Part shown: positions 63,127-64,000 of the stretch, in pieces
Numbering within the stretch: position 1 is the first letter of the stretch
Layout: each line of letters opens with the position of its first letter
Assembly (NCBI GenBank): GCA_038087875.1
Contig: JAXLNO010000446.1
Span: 434,001 to 498,000, forward strand
From: Malacoraja senta
Taxonomy: Eukaryota
Direction of reading: 5' to 3'
DNA length: 64,000 bases
The notes under the pieces: generated by a model
Seen by the model: the letters and a program-made list of their open reading frames with translations, nothing else
What the model was told of the DNA's origin: nothing
Database searches by the model: none
Program-made: the position numbers and the translations under genes

Positions 63127-64000
63127 CATGCAGCTACAACGGTATCCATCAATGGCCATACATTTAATGTACTACTTGATGCTGGTAGTTCAGAAAGTTT
63201 TATGTGTGAACAAGTTGTGTCTCGACTAAATCTAACTATAATCCCTTCAAATAGAGAAATCTCAATGGCTCTGACAACTCTCAATACTCAAATTATTGGA
63301 TCTTGTATTGTAGACTTTATTCTGAACAAAACTAGCTATAAATTTGTATGTCTTGGTATTTTGAAAAATGTGTGTAGCGATATAATTCTAGGTCAGGATT
63401 TTCAGAAACAGCACAGATCACTTCAAATAATGTATGAAGGAACTATGCCTGATCTTGTATTGTCAAAGCCACCAGTATTGTATGGTTTTTCTGCTGCATC
63501 TGTTGAATGTCCTTCATTATTCACTAATTTATCTTCTAAGTGCAAACCAATTGCTACAAAATCGAGACATTTTAGTAAAGATGACAGAAACGTTAGCAAC
63601 ACAGAAGTAACTAATCTTTTACAAGAAGGTATCATAGAACCCAGCTCTTCCCCTTGGAGGGCACAAGTTGTGGTTAAGGACCCCTTGGAGAGACATAGAA
63701 AGAGACTCTGCATTGATTACTCTCAAACTATAAACCAGTTCACGGAGCTTGATGCATATCCACTACCTCGTACAGAAGAGATTATCAATACATTAGCTAA
63801 GTATAAGATAGTCTCGACTTTTGACCTAAAAAGTGATTACTACCAAATTCCTTTGAAAGAATCAGAGAAGAAATACACTGCGTTTGAAGCAAATGGGAAA
63901 TTATACCACTACTGCAGAGTTCCTTTTGGCGTGGCTGTTTTTCAGGGAGAATTGGATAAACTTGTTGAACAGGAAAACCTTAAAGATACTTTCCCTTATC
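63127..64000 (+). CDS. Gypsy pol (aspartic protease and RT N-terminus), open to the window end
   Basis: Stop-free frame with LLDAGS, IILGQDF, GIIEPSSSPW, RLCIDYS..N, DAYPLP, FDLKSDYYQI, KYTAF and RVPFGV. Not in the ORF track because it runs off the window. Confidence 0.92.

Overview
Repeat-dense vertebrate genomic DNA, very probably from a cartilaginous fish (skate/ray-like). The evidence is HE1/V-SINE-type SINEs, HER1/CR1 LINEs, L2, Rex1/Babar, RTE, Tx1 and Penelope relics. The only host gene I can support is the first coding exon of ASB5 (19460-19652, + strand, GTCAGT donor). I found no further ASB5 exon, so the rest of the window is probably its long first intron. Most of the ORF track is transposon debris. 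Highlights: (1) two head-to-head inverted copies of BCL7 coding exon 1 (41418-41501 minus; 41738-41829 plus, with its intron-1 donor), forming a ~95-bp hairpin beside a Tc1 end; (2) a Ty3/Gypsy element with no tRNA-type PBS but a 13-nt LTR/PBS complementarity, suggesting self-priming; (3) a dispersed short Penelope-derived family with a minimal hammerhead-like motif, its 66-bp tandem arrays, and a palindromic composite present three times; (4) GC-rich non-autonomous retroposons that share a 5' module but carry L2 or Rex1/Babar tails; (5) a D-arm-deleted tRNA-Lys(CTT) pseudogene, MITEs, deep TE nesting, and a ~2.6-kb duplication across an N-gap that may be an assembly artefact. Family names come from motif recognition only; no database search was run. 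Repeat boundaries are approximate unless TSD/TIR positions are given.
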